The position numbers and the translations under genes are program-made. This document shows positions 1-8,956 of a stretch of 64,000 nucleotides of DNA, one piece after another. This DNA is from an uncultured delta proteobacterium (GTDB taxonomy: Bacteria > Desulfobacterota > BSN033 > UBA1163): the NCBI GenBank assembly GCA_963708295.1, contig CAVPSJ010000004.1:320001-384000 (forward strand), written 5' to 3'. The notes beneath the pieces are model-generated. The model had not been told where the DNA came from, did no database searches, and saw only the letters and a list, made by a program, of their open reading frames with translations. Position 1 is the stretch's first letter. Each line of letters opens with the position of its first letter.

Positions 1-213
1 ACCACAATAACCCGCTTCATAGACCGAATGGTATTGACCCCCTGGAAAATGACGCTGCAGGTACTGGATCAGCACTTCTGCTTCAGGCGGTTGGCTAAAC
101 GTCTTGTACTCACCGTGTTGCGTAAAAATGCTCACACTCCAGCTCTTTTTGTGTACGTCCAGACCGAGATAAATCGCTTGACCCGAAAAATTAAGTTTGC
201 TACGCTTGTTCAT
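1..213 (-). mobile_element. IS110-family transposase/recombinase, N-terminal part (runs off window start)
   Basis: Manual translation from ATG at 213: MNKRSKLNFSGQAIYLGLDVHKKSWSVSI...HSVYEAGYCG. GLDVHK and YEAG are the first motifs of the DEDD RuvC-like domain; SD GAAAGGAGAG upstream. Not in the ORF track. Confidence 0.88.
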
Positions 214-470
214 GGCAAGTCTCTCCTTTCGGTTGGATTTTGTGGCAACGAAATTATAGCCGAAACTTTGAGACTTGCCTTTCTTTTCTTATGCCTTACC
301 AAAAGGACAGTGCCCGTTCGGGAGTCATCCACAGCCGGATACAGGGCGGAGAGATTTTAGCCCAGCGCCCCCACGTCGCGCAGGGCGGCCCGAAGGGCAA
401 AATCTCGAAGCTCCCCCAATATGTCGTTAACGTCCGGCAACGGTTCATCCTCATATCCTTTCAATCATAA
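214..470 (-). ncRNA. IS110 non-coding left end, candidate bridge RNA
   Basis: Stems GGCAAGTCTC(214-223)/GAGACTTGCC(270-279) and GAGATTTTAGCCC(351-363)/GGGCAAAATCTC(405-416) with internal loops; minus-strand TATGAT at 464-469. Confidence 0.55.
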
Positions 471-645
471 GGTCTAAAGCTTTGGAACCCGTTTGCCTCT
501 CGCCCCAGACGTTCCATTACGACACAACCTCTCTGGGGAGAGGGGAAGGTCGCCGACGCGTCATAGCCGTTTTGGCGACGGCGCGGTGAGGATTGGGGAA
601 CAGAGTATTTCACCAATTCGAAAAAACATGTTAAGATAATTGGTT

Positions 646-1470
646 ATGGATGTTCTCTTTTTCAAAGTGGCTTCCCTTCTTTATCTCTTCGGGACATTGG
701 CCTATCTGGCCTACATTCTCTTCCTTAAAGGAGTCCTCTCAAAAACGGCAGTTGCCATCGTCTCCTTCGGCTTCGCCTTTCATACCCTGGCCATCCTCGC
801 GAGGTATGTTGAGGCGGGCTATACTCCTGTCACCAATCTCTACGAGTCTCTCTCCTTCTTTGCATGGATGATCATTGGCCTTCTGTTGATCGCCAATTTG
901 AAATATAAAGTCAAGGTCCTGGGCTCCCTTCTTACCCCCATTGGTCTTATCCTGATGCTCTTCGCCTTTGCCCTTCCGAAAGAAATTTTGCCCCTGGCTC
1001 CGGTTTTGAAGAGCTTCTGGCATCCTTTCCATGTGATCTTTGCCTTCTTGGGCAATGCCATCTTCACTCTGACCTTCTGCTTCGCAGTGATGTATTTGAT
1101 TCAGGAAAATCAGCTTAAAGCAAAGAAGATGGGGGCAATCGCCAAAAGGCTTCCTTCATTGAGCCTCCTGGACGACCTGAGCTACCTCTCCCTCAAGTTC
1201 GGATTTCCGCTGTTGACCCTGGGGATCATCACAGGGGCCGTCTGGGCGGAATACGCCTGGGGAAGATATTGGAATTGGGATCCCAAAGAAACATGGTCCC
1301 TGATCACGTGGCTTCTCTATGCGGCACTCCTTCATCAGCGACTGACCGTCGGATGGAGGGGACGGAAGGCCGCCATCATGGCTATTGTCGGGTTTCTGGC
1401 AGTCCTCTTTACATTTCTAGGAGTGAACCTCCTTCTCCCGGGACTGCATTCTTACTCCAAATGGCAGTGA
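646..1470 (+). CDS. ccsA: Cytochrome c biogenesis protein CcsA/ResC (HemX-like position before hemA)
   Basis: WWD motif WAEYAWGRYWNWDPKETWSLITW, multiple TM helices, C-terminal GLHSY. Confidence 0.93.
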   Translation: MDVLFFKVASLLYLFGTLAYLAYILFLKGVLSKTAVAIVSFGFAFHTLAILARYVEAGYTPVTNLYESLSFFAWMIIGLLLIANLKYKVKVLGSLLTPIGLILMLFAFALPKEILPLAPVLKSFWHPFHVIFAFLGNAIFTLTFCFAVMYLIQENQLKAKKMGAIAKRLPSLSLLDDLSYLSLKFGFPLLTLGIITGAVWAEYAWGRYWNWDPKETWSLITWLLYAALLHQRLTVGWRGRKAAIMAIVGFLAVLFTFLGVNLLLPGLHSYSKWQ

Positions 1471-1502
1471 GGAAAACAGGGCGAGGGTGAGGTTCTTGTT
1501 CT

Positions 1503-2843
1503 ATGGAACTTCTCGTTATTGGACTGAATCATAATACGGCACCCATTGAGATTCGTGAATGTCTGGCCTTCCCGGAAGACAAATTGGGGGAAGCCCTCTC
1601 CGAGGTGCATGCCCTCTCTTCGGTGAAAGAAGACATGATCGTCTCGACATGCAATCGGGTAGAGGTTTATGCCGCCACGCGAGAGACTGAAAAAGCCATT
1701 CACGATTTGAAGGAATTTCTGTGCCGGTACCATGGAATCTCCTTGAAGGAATTCGAAAAAAGCCTGTACATTCATGTTGGGGAAGAAGCCGTAAGGCATA
1801 TTTTTCGAGTCGCCTCTAGCCTGGATTCGATGGTTTTAGGGGAACCCCAAATTTTGGGCCAAATCAAAGATGCTTACGATGTCTCGCAGCAGGCCAATAC
1901 TTCGGGTCTGATTCTCCATCGACTCCTGCATCGGGCCTTTCATGTCGCAAAAAGGGTAAGAACCGAGACGAAAATTGCCATTAGTGCCGTGTCGGTCAGT
2001 TCTGTGGCGGTTGAGTTGGCTGAAAAAATTTTTGGAACCCTTGAAAAAAAGACCGTTTTGCTCATCGGAGCGGGAGAGATGTGTGAACTGGCTGCCCGGC
2101 ACCTCGTCGGGGGAGGGGTGGAGAGGATGTTGGTGACCAACCGCACTTATGAACGGGCCGTGTCATTGGCGAAGGAATTCAGGGGCGAAGCCATCCCCTT
2201 TGAAGACATGACACTGGGGTTGAAGAAAGCCGATATCGTGATCAGCGCGACCAATTCCCCCCATCACCTCATCGGGCATGACCAGATCACCAAGGTGATG
2301 AAGGATCGAAGGCAGAAACCGATCTTCTTCATTGATATCGCTGACCCCCGAGATATCGAACCCAAAGTCGGCGATATGGAGAATGTTTACCTCTACAATA
2401 TCGATGACCTTCAAAAAGTGGCCAACGAAAACATTAAGGATCGTGAAAAAGAGGCCAAAAAGGCGGAGACCCTCGTCCAGGATGAGGTGGTGCAATTCGT
2501 GAACTGGTATCGATCTCTGGATGTCACTCCCACCCTCGTGGCCTTAAGAAAGAAGTTTGAAGAAATCAGAAAGAAGGAGTTGGAGAAGACCTTTTCCCTT
2601 CATCCCAATCTGTCCGACAAAGAGAAGAAATCCTTGGAAGCCCTCACCTCCGCCATTGTCAATAAGATTCTGCACACGCCGACCGCCTTCCTCAAGCAAA
2701 CCGACGAGGGGGCGACCGCAGACCTTTATCTCGACGCCCTCCAGGCTCTTTTTGGACTGCCGGAAAAATCTTTAGAAACAACCTTGGAAAAATTTGGAGA
2801 AAGGGAAGAAAAGGAGGAAGCCAATCTCGAAGATGCCCTCTGA
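1503..2843 (+). CDS. hemA: Glutamyl-tRNA reductase
   Basis: GLNHNTAP, STCNRVE, SLDSMVLGEPQILGQ, GAGEM motifs. Confidence 0.97.
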   Translation: MELLVIGLNHNTAPIEIRECLAFPEDKLGEALSEVHALSSVKEDMIVSTCNRVEVYAATRETEKAIHDLKEFLCRYHGISLKEFEKSLYIHVGEEAVRHIFRVASSLDSMVLGEPQILGQIKDAYDVSQQANTSGLILHRLLHRAFHVAKRVRTETKIAISAVSVSSVAVELAEKIFGTLEKKTVLLIGAGEMCELAARHLVGGGVERMLVTNRTYERAVSLAKEFRGEAIPFEDMTLGLKKADIVISATNSPHHLIGHDQITKVMKDRRQKPIFFIDIADPRDIEPKVGDMENVYLYNIDDLQKVANENIKDREKEAKKAETLVQDEVVQFVNWYRSLDVTPTLVALRKKFEEIRKKELEKTFSLHPNLSDKEKKSLEALTSAIVNKILHTPTAFLKQTDEGATADLYLDALQALFGLPEKSLETTLEKFGEREEKEEANLEDAL

Positions 2844-3780
2844 GCTCAAAATCGGGACCCGCGGAAGCCAACTCGCCCTCTTTCAGGCGAATTGGGTGAA
2901 GGATCGGCTAAGCGAGGCCCATCCCGGCCTTAACGTCACGCTGATCAAAATCAAAACCACCGGGGATAAAATCCAGGATGTCCCCCTGGCGAAGATCGGG
3001 GGGAAAGGTCTCTTCGTCAAAGAGATTGAGGAATCCCTCCTGCAAAAAAGGATCGACCTCGCCGTCCACAGCATCAAGGATGTCCCCACCGAATTTCCCC
3101 GAGGTCTCCATCTTTCTGTGATCACAAAGAGAGAGGACCCTCGAGATGTCTTCATCTCAAAGGATGGGAGGACATTGAAAGAGCTTCCTCAAGGAGCAAA
3201 GATCGGCACGAGCAGCTTGAGGCGGCAGGCGCAATTGCTCCACTTCAGAAGCGACTTGGAGCTGATCCCTCTGAGAGGAAATTTAGATACCCGGCTGAAG
3301 AAGCTAAAAACCATGAACCTCGACGGAATCGTGCTGGCCCTCGCCGGGGTGAGAAGACTCGGCCTTGAAGAGAGGGTTACGGAAATTATTTCCCCGGACA
3401 TTTCTCTCCCGGCGATCGGGCAGGGGGCATTGGGCATTGAGATAAGAATGGATGACAAAGAAGTGGAGGGACAAATCCGATTCCTCAACGATCGAGACTC
3501 TTCGATCGCCGTGACCGCAGAGAGGGCCTTCCTTAAGAAGTTGGAGGGGGGTTGCCAAGTTCCCCTTGCCGCTTATGCTCGACCCGCGGGGAAGATCCTG
3601 CACGTGGATGGTTTAGTGGGATCGATAGACGGGAAGACGCTGATCAGGCATCATGTGGAGGGGCCCACCGAGAATGCGGAATGGCTCGGGGTGAAACTCG
3701 CTGAGATCCTCTTGAGCAAGGGAGCAAAAGAAATCCTGGATGAGGTCTACCAGAGATCAGGCCCTGTCATTTCGATTTGA
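2833..3780 (+). CDS. hemC: Hydroxymethylbilane synthase (porphobilinogen deaminase)
   Basis: IGTRGSQLAL, GKGLFVKE, GTSSLRR, LEGGCQVP; ATG at 2833 overlaps hemA end. Confidence 0.97.
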   Translation: MPSELKIGTRGSQLALFQANWVKDRLSEAHPGLNVTLIKIKTTGDKIQDVPLAKIGGKGLFVKEIEESLLQKRIDLAVHSIKDVPTEFPRGLHLSVITKREDPRDVFISKDGRTLKELPQGAKIGTSSLRRQAQLLHFRSDLELIPLRGNLDTRLKKLKTMNLDGIVLALAGVRRLGLEERVTEIISPDISLPAIGQGALGIEIRMDDKEVEGQIRFLNDRDSSIAVTAERAFLKKLEGGCQVPLAAYARPAGKILHVDGLVGSIDGKTLIRHHVEGPTENAEWLGVKLAEILLSKGAKEILDEVYQRSGPVISI

Positions 3781-3783
3781 AAA

Positions 3784-4566
3784 ATGAATAGGAAATCCCT
3801 TTCCGGAAAAAGAATTCTGATCACCCGAGCCCTTGGCCAATCGGGGGATTTTGCGACCCGGCTTAAGAAAGGTGGGGCAGAAGTCATCGAGTTTCCCACG
3901 ATTGAGATTGTCCCTCCGCTCCGTTGGGGAGAAGTGGACCGCGCGATTGACCAGCTTAAATCCTACGACTGGATCATTTTTACGAGTGCGAACGGAGTCG
4001 ACTTCTTTTGGCAAAGGATGATGGAACAGGGCAAGAATCTCCGCCTCCCCTCCTCTCTCAAAGTATGTGCCATCGGACCGGCTACGGCCCATCGATTAAA
4101 GAAGAAGAGAGCCTCCGTCCACTATATCCCAAAAGAGTTTATGGCTGAGTCCATCCTTGAAGGATTTGAGAAAATGGCCATCAAGGAAAAAAGAATCCTT
4201 CTGGCTCGGGCAAAGAAGGCACGCGACATTCTTCCAACAGGATTGAAAAAAATGGGCGCAGAGGTGGATGTGGTGGCGGTCTACCGGACGATCAGGCCGA
4301 AGGGGGGATCGAGGAGATTGGAAAAACTCCTGGCCGAAGGAAAGATCGATGTGATCGCTTTCACCTCTTCTTCCACTGTCAATCATTTTGCCGAACTGCT
4401 TAAAAAGGAAGAACTTAAAAAGCCCTTGAGGCGTGTCGCAGTTGCCTGTATCGGACCGATCACTGCAAGGACGGCAAAGGAATGGGGAATGAAAGTCAAG
4501 ATTCAGCCAAGGGAATTTACCATTCCAGGTCTGACCCGAGCGATCGCTGAGTACTACCAAAAATAA
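3784..4566 (+). CDS. hemD: Uroporphyrinogen-III synthase
   Basis: ILITR, WIIFTSANGV, AIGPAT, FTSSSTV motifs; operon context. Confidence 0.93.
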   Translation: MNRKSLSGKRILITRALGQSGDFATRLKKGGAEVIEFPTIEIVPPLRWGEVDRAIDQLKSYDWIIFTSANGVDFFWQRMMEQGKNLRLPSSLKVCAIGPATAHRLKKKRASVHYIPKEFMAESILEGFEKMAIKEKRILLARAKKARDILPTGLKKMGAEVDVVAVYRTIRPKGGSRRLEKLLAEGKIDVIAFTSSSTVNHFAELLKKEELKKPLRRVAVACIGPITARTAKEWGMKVKIQPREFTIPGLTRAIAEYYQK

Positions 4567-4585
4567 GTCCATCTATCAAGGTCCC

Positions 4586-5236
4586 ATGCCCCAGCCCTTT
4601 ATTGAAGTCATCCTCTACGACCTGGGAAATGTCATTCTCCCGTTCAATCATTATCAGATCGCAGAAAAGCTCTCCAGGTTCTGTCAGAAAAAAGAGCTGG
4701 ATGATCCCCAAAAAATATTTTCTTATCTCTTCGATCTAAAAAAAGGGATGATCAATGACTTTGAGGTTGGCAACGTCTCCCCCCAAGAGTTTTTTCAATC
4801 CATAAAAGAACATCTTGGCCTCTCGATCTCCTTCGATGAGTTCATTCCCATCTGGACCGACATCTTTTCAGAAAATGTTGAGGTCTCTCAAATCATCCTT
4901 GCTCAGAAGGGGAGATGGAGGCTTGGCCTTCTCTCGAATACGGATCAGCTCCACTTCCATTACATCCTTTCAAAATTCTCTATTATGAAAGCTTTTGATA
5001 AATGGATTTTGTCCTATGAGGTAGGATTCAAGAAACCAGCCGTCGAGATCTTCCAAAGGGCCATCGCGTGGGCTTCGGTCGAACCCCAAAAGATTCTCTT
5101 TATCGACGACGTGAAAACACATGTTGACGTTGCCATCTCGCTCGGCATACAGGGGATCCACTTCCTTTCCGCGGAGCAATTGAAGAGGGAATTGTCGCCG
5201 AAACTGTATCCCCGGGAAGAACCTGGGAAGAGTTAG
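4586..5236 (+). CDS. HAD-superfamily phosphatase (YihX-like)
   Basis: DLGNV, LSNT, KP and FIDD motifs. Confidence 0.88.
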   Translation: MPQPFIEVILYDLGNVILPFNHYQIAEKLSRFCQKKELDDPQKIFSYLFDLKKGMINDFEVGNVSPQEFFQSIKEHLGLSISFDEFIPIWTDIFSENVEVSQIILAQKGRWRLGLLSNTDQLHFHYILSKFSIMKAFDKWILSYEVGFKKPAVEIFQRAIAWASVEPQKILFIDDVKTHVDVAISLGIQGIHFLSAEQLKRELSPKLYPREEPGKS

Positions 5237-5321
5237 ACCGCCAAAAGCGATCAAACATCGGAACCGCGGCTATGGCTTGGAATGCATCTGTCTTGGAGGG
5301 GTCACGAATTCAGGACGGGTC

Positions 5322-5618
5322 TCATTTCATGTTGATGAAGCGATAGATGGCTTTAGCCATGTCGTCTACTTTCTCCTTCACATCTGCTTCGTCGTGCATG
5401 CTGGGTATCGTGGAGGCACAATCGCGCATGCACCCTTCCATAATGACCATCCCCAGTCTTCGGGCTGCAGAGGAAAGGGCCGAGATCTGAACGAGAATAT
5501 CGGTACAATTGCCGTCCTTCTCCACCATCCCCCGGATCCCACGCGCCTGTCCCTCGATCTTTTTAAGGCGAGAGAGTATCTCCTTTCTCTTTTCTTCTGT
5601 TAAGGATGAGGCCTGCAT
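5322..5618 (-). CDS. CsoR/RcnR-family metal-sensing repressor
   Basis: RLKKIEGQARGIRGMVE..C.DILVQISA signature; SD AAAGGAGG before ATG 5618. Confidence 0.88.
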   Translation of the reverse strand: MQASSLTEEKRKEILSRLKKIEGQARGIRGMVEKDGNCTDILVQISALSSAARRLGMVIMEGCMRDCASTIPSMHDEADVKEKVDDMAKAIYRFINMK

Positions 5619-5753
5619 TTTACTTCCTCCTTTCATGGATGCGATCAGTTATAAACAGGATGGCATCATTCTTACACAATTCTACCCCCCGGATAATCAA
5701 GGCCGGATCGTCCCCGCTCTGTGAAACGAGTAAAGTCTCCTTATATTTCCCAT

Positions 5754-6176
5754 TTATTTGCATACCTCTTTGTACAACGTCTCCGTCATAGAATCGGGGG
5801 CGATAAAATGCCATTCATCGTTATCCATGGGATGGAAAACGTTTCCATTTTTGGAATAAAAGACAATCCGCAGATAGCGCGCGGATCTTTCGACACAGTT
5901 CAGTCCAAGCCCTATGAGACTAAAGTCCAAGTCCTGGAATCCTTTTCCACCCTCTCTCACCCAATGAGAGATGCCTTTCTCTGAATAAGCGGACTGCACC
6001 CAGACCTCGATCAAGTCTTTGGATGACCGGGTCATGCTTTCAGTATCGTAGAAATACGACCCTTCCTCATTTGTGCCATAATACTTCCAATCCACTCCCC
6101 ATCCTTCCGTATGCCCAAAGGCGATCAGTCCGATGATTCCAAGGATGACTCCTCGTCTGCTCCACCCTAATTTCAT
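5754..6176 (-). CDS. Secreted protein resembling surface-adhesin protein E family
   Basis: Signal peptide, W..YG...YFYD..S...IEVW...NC...W..I.PDS..E.LY..VC pattern. Confidence 0.6.
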   Translation of the reverse strand: MKLGWSRRGVILGIIGLIAFGHTEGWGVDWKYYGTNEEGSYFYDTESMTRSSKDLIEVWVQSAYSEKGISHWVREGGKGFQDLDFSLIGLGLNCVERSARYLRIVFYSKNGNVFHPMDNDEWHFIAPDSMTETLYKEVCK

Positions 6177-6196
6177 TTTGGCCCCTTCCATTCTTT

Positions 6197-6415
6197 TTAG
6201 GCTACCGCTTCTGCGAGCTCGACTGAAACAAGGAATTCTGTATATTGGTCATATCCCTTTAGAAAAATATCAAGTTCCTCCTTGTTAAAAAGGTAAACAT
6301 TCATCACAGGATTTTTTCCAAGGGGGATAACCGTGGTTAACCGATACCTGGAGGAGAGATAGATATCAACCTGACTACTCTCAATGGGTTTGGATTCGAT
6401 CAGCACCCCGATCAC
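6197..6415 (-). CDS. Hypothetical protein
   Basis: 72-aa ORF with SD (AAGGAA), co-oriented with neighbour. Confidence 0.45.
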   Translation of the reverse strand: MIGVLIESKPIESSQVDIYLSSRYRLTTVIPLGKNPVMNVYLFNKEELDIFLKGYDQYTEFLVSVELAEAVA

Positions 6416-6665
6416 TTCCTTTCTTTTTTTGTCTTCCTCTCCACTTTAATTAAAACTTCATCTCGAAAAGAACAAGGGGGGGAGGAGATTTTAAGAGATC
6501 GCATCCTGAAGCCGAGGAGCTTGAATCCCGATCCCGGCGGTATCCCCCTCTTACGGGGATTGTGCCGACCCACTTTACACCTCTGTCGAAAAAGTGGTAA
6601 AAAAATGGAAATTCGTTCCATCCCCCTGTACAAAGACGGCGGAGCAGGAAACTATGGAGCGACTT

Positions 6666-6847
6666 ACTAATCAGTCCACCATTGTACGGACACTGGAGAC
6701 AAAAAACTCCTCAACTCCCTCTACAATGGGGAAGAATTACCCCTCTTTGGCAAAGGGTTCGACTTGCTCACCATCCTGAGCTTGTCGAAGGAGAGGGGCG
6801 AGGGGAGATTTTCAGAAACATATCTTTTCTATTATGGACTCCTTAGT
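6666..6847. repeat. MITE-like element with nested REP-like palindromes
   Basis: Terminal IR ACTAATCAGTCCA / TGGACTCCTTAGT (11/13 match); inner CCCCTCT..AGAGGGG and TTCGAC..GTCGAA hairpins. Confidence 0.55.
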
Positions 6848-6865
6848 CACTCACGGAGGCAGGAA

Positions 6866-8266
6866 ATGAAATGTAAAAGTACAAGAGGATTCCGGTTTAC
6901 GGGGACACTCCTGCTGGCTTTCGCTTTTACCGCGGGTTGCGCCCACTATCCGGTCAATCCGCCGATGAAAGAGGTTCACCCTGAGGCAGGTTACAGATCC
7001 ACCTCCATGAAAGCTCCCGAAAATTCAGACAGCCTATTTCTGTTTCTCACTTTTTCAGGCGGAGGGATGCGTGCGGCTGCACTTTCCTATGGGGTTCTCG
7101 AAGAATTGCGAAGGGCTGAAATCGTTCTTGAAGGAAGAAAGCGGCGGCTTCTGGATGAGGTGGATGGCATATCGAGTGTCTCCGGAGGAAGTTTCACGGC
7201 AGGGTATTACGGCCTCTTTGGAAAACGCATCTTCGAGGATTTTGAAAGCACGTTCTTGAAGAAGAACATTCAAAGAGTTCTTGTCTTAAAAGCCCTGCTC
7301 AATGTCACCAATTGGGTACGGCTTTTTTCACCGGCCTTCGCCCGGAGTGATCTGGCTGCTGAATACTATGACAAGCGTATTTTCGAAGGAGGCACCTTTG
7401 GCGACTTGGCAGCCCGAAAAGGCCCCTTTATCCTCATCAACGCGACGGATATGACCCATGGGACCAGGATAGCGTTTACTCAAGAGGTCTTTGATGTGAT
7501 TTGTTCAAACCTTTCTCTTTTCCCCGTAGCAAGGGCTGCCGCTGCCTCGTCAGCCGTTCCTATGGCGCTCACTCCCATCACATTGCGGAACTACGCCGGG
7601 ACCTGCGGTCTTAAGACATCGGAGGAATTCGAGAAGATGCCGGAAGGCCGTGATATTTCAGTGCGACAGTTTTATCTGTTCAATGACTTTACTCCATTCT
7701 TGGATTCCAAAAAGAAGGCCTATATTCATCTGGTCGATGGAGGGGTGGGAGATAATTTGGGTTTAAAGGCCCTTCTTGACCGGGTCATCGCCAGGGGAAG
7801 CGTCTGGGGAGCAATCAAAGGGACTCCGATGGAAAAGGTCCGCAAGGTGGTCTTTATCGTGGTGAACGCTGAGACAGAACCCGATCCGAAGTGGGACAGG
7901 ACAGAGAGGGTTCCTACCTTCGGCGTCATGCTTGCCTCTTACTCCTCCATCGCGGTCGACCGGTACAACGAAGAGACCATCGCTCTCTTGAAAGAAAGCG
8001 TCGGTCCCTGGGCGGATGAGATCAGGGATCAGAGATGCAACGGAGAAGTGGTTTCTGCCTCGCCGGGTTCTTGCGGTGATATTCAATTTTACGTCATCGA
8101 AGTGAAGTTTGATGCGTTGAAGGATGAAACGGAGCGAATGCACTTCAAGAGGTTACCCACTGCCTTGAAGCTAGCTCCTGAGGAAGTGGACCGGTCGCGG
8201 GATGCCGCCCGCCGCATCCTTGCGGAATCCGCGGAATTCCAGCGCCTGCTCAATGACCTGAAGTAG
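6866..8266 (+). CDS. Patatin-like phospholipase, lipoprotein
   Basis: SGGGMRAA, SVSGGS, DGG motifs; lipobox TAGC; ATG 6866 after GGAGG. Confidence 0.88.
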   Translation: MKCKSTRGFRFTGTLLLAFAFTAGCAHYPVNPPMKEVHPEAGYRSTSMKAPENSDSLFLFLTFSGGGMRAAALSYGVLEELRRAEIVLEGRKRRLLDEVDGISSVSGGSFTAGYYGLFGKRIFEDFESTFLKKNIQRVLVLKALLNVTNWVRLFSPAFARSDLAAEYYDKRIFEGGTFGDLAARKGPFILINATDMTHGTRIAFTQEVFDVICSNLSLFPVARAAAASSAVPMALTPITLRNYAGTCGLKTSEEFEKMPEGRDISVRQFYLFNDFTPFLDSKKKAYIHLVDGGVGDNLGLKALLDRVIARGSVWGAIKGTPMEKVRKVVFIVVNAETEPDPKWDRTERVPTFGVMLASYSSIAVDRYNEETIALLKESVGPWADEIRDQRCNGEVVSASPGSCGDIQFYVIEVKFDALKDETERMHFKRLPTALKLAPEEVDRSRDAARRILAESAEFQRLLNDLK

Positions 8267-8286
8267 GAAACCGAGAAGAAGATGGT

Positions 8287-8343
8287 GTGCACTTTTCAAG
8301 TTTAAATCCTAAAAAACGGTGCACTTTTGAAGTTTAAATGACA
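8287..8343 (+). repeat. Orphan IS21-like terminal repeat
   Basis: GTGCACTTTT(C/G)AAGTTTAAAT at 8287-8307 and 8319-8339, ending ...TGACA. Confidence 0.5.
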
Positions 8344-8417
8344 CACCGGAGACACTCACCTGACAATAATCACCTTTCTGATTCTTGTTGGCCTCTTTTT
8401 CTACATTTTGCTCTTGT

Positions 8418-8497
8418 TCACCTGACAAAGCCAAACCCTTCGTGAGGAGGGGACAGAAAGCGGCGTGTCTTTGAAGGAGATGGCCGAGCTGCCGCCT
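8418..8497 (+). ncRNA. c-di-GMP-I (GEMM-I) riboswitch
   Basis: GACAAAGCCAAACCCTTC-GTGA-GGAGGGGACAGAAAGC...TGTCT..AGATGGCCGAGCTGCCG fits GEMM-I: AAACC-stem-GNRA-GGGAC..AAAGC P2, P3 stem, and closing TGCCG. Confidence 0.72.
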
Positions 8498-8659
8498 ATT
8501 TACTCTCATAAATCAAGCGCCTGTAATTGTCAAAAATCGTTCGAATCTCGACAAAAAGTCACTCCTGATGAGTGGTTCTAGGGAATCAACTTTAACCTAT
8601 AATTTGCGCTAAGCATTGAAGATCAAACACTTATGAAATTAATATGTCTAGCATCCGCC

Positions 8660-8676
8660 TGGGCATACTTATTGCT
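8660..8676 (+). promoter_or_regulatory. Candidate sigma-54 promoter
   Basis: TGGGCATACTTATTGCT: GG(8662-63)-N10-GC(8674-75) upstream of ATG 8716. Confidence 0.45.
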
Positions 8677-8715
8677 CTTAAATGGAAGAAACAGGGATTA
8701 AATGGTGACAACCCG

Positions 8716-8928
8716 ATGTCATTAATAGAAAGTGATTTGGTTTTGACAACTGACGAGGCAATTGAATACCTAAAAATCTCGAAGCCCACCTTCTTAAAAT
8801 ACATCCGGCTCGGAAGGATAAGAGCTATCAAAGCGGGGAAAGGGTGGAGAGTTCTGCAATCAGAACTGCATAAATTCTTAAAAGGAAGGACAGACATCGA
8901 GGATATCTCATTGGAGCAAACCGCATGA
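8716..8928 (+). CDS. Excisionase-like (HTH_17) DNA-binding protein
   Basis: LTTDEAIEYLKISKPTFLKYIRLGRIRAIKAGKGWRV pattern. Confidence 0.82.
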   Translation: MSLIESDLVLTTDEAIEYLKISKPTFLKYIRLGRIRAIKAGKGWRVLQSELHKFLKGRTDIEDISLEQTA

Positions 8929-8956
8929 ATGAGACCTTGACGGTTAGGGAATAAAA

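Noticed and set aside
28-470. Plus-strand ORFs 28-360 and 240-470
   Set aside because: They are antisense shadows of the IS110 transposase start and its non-coding end.
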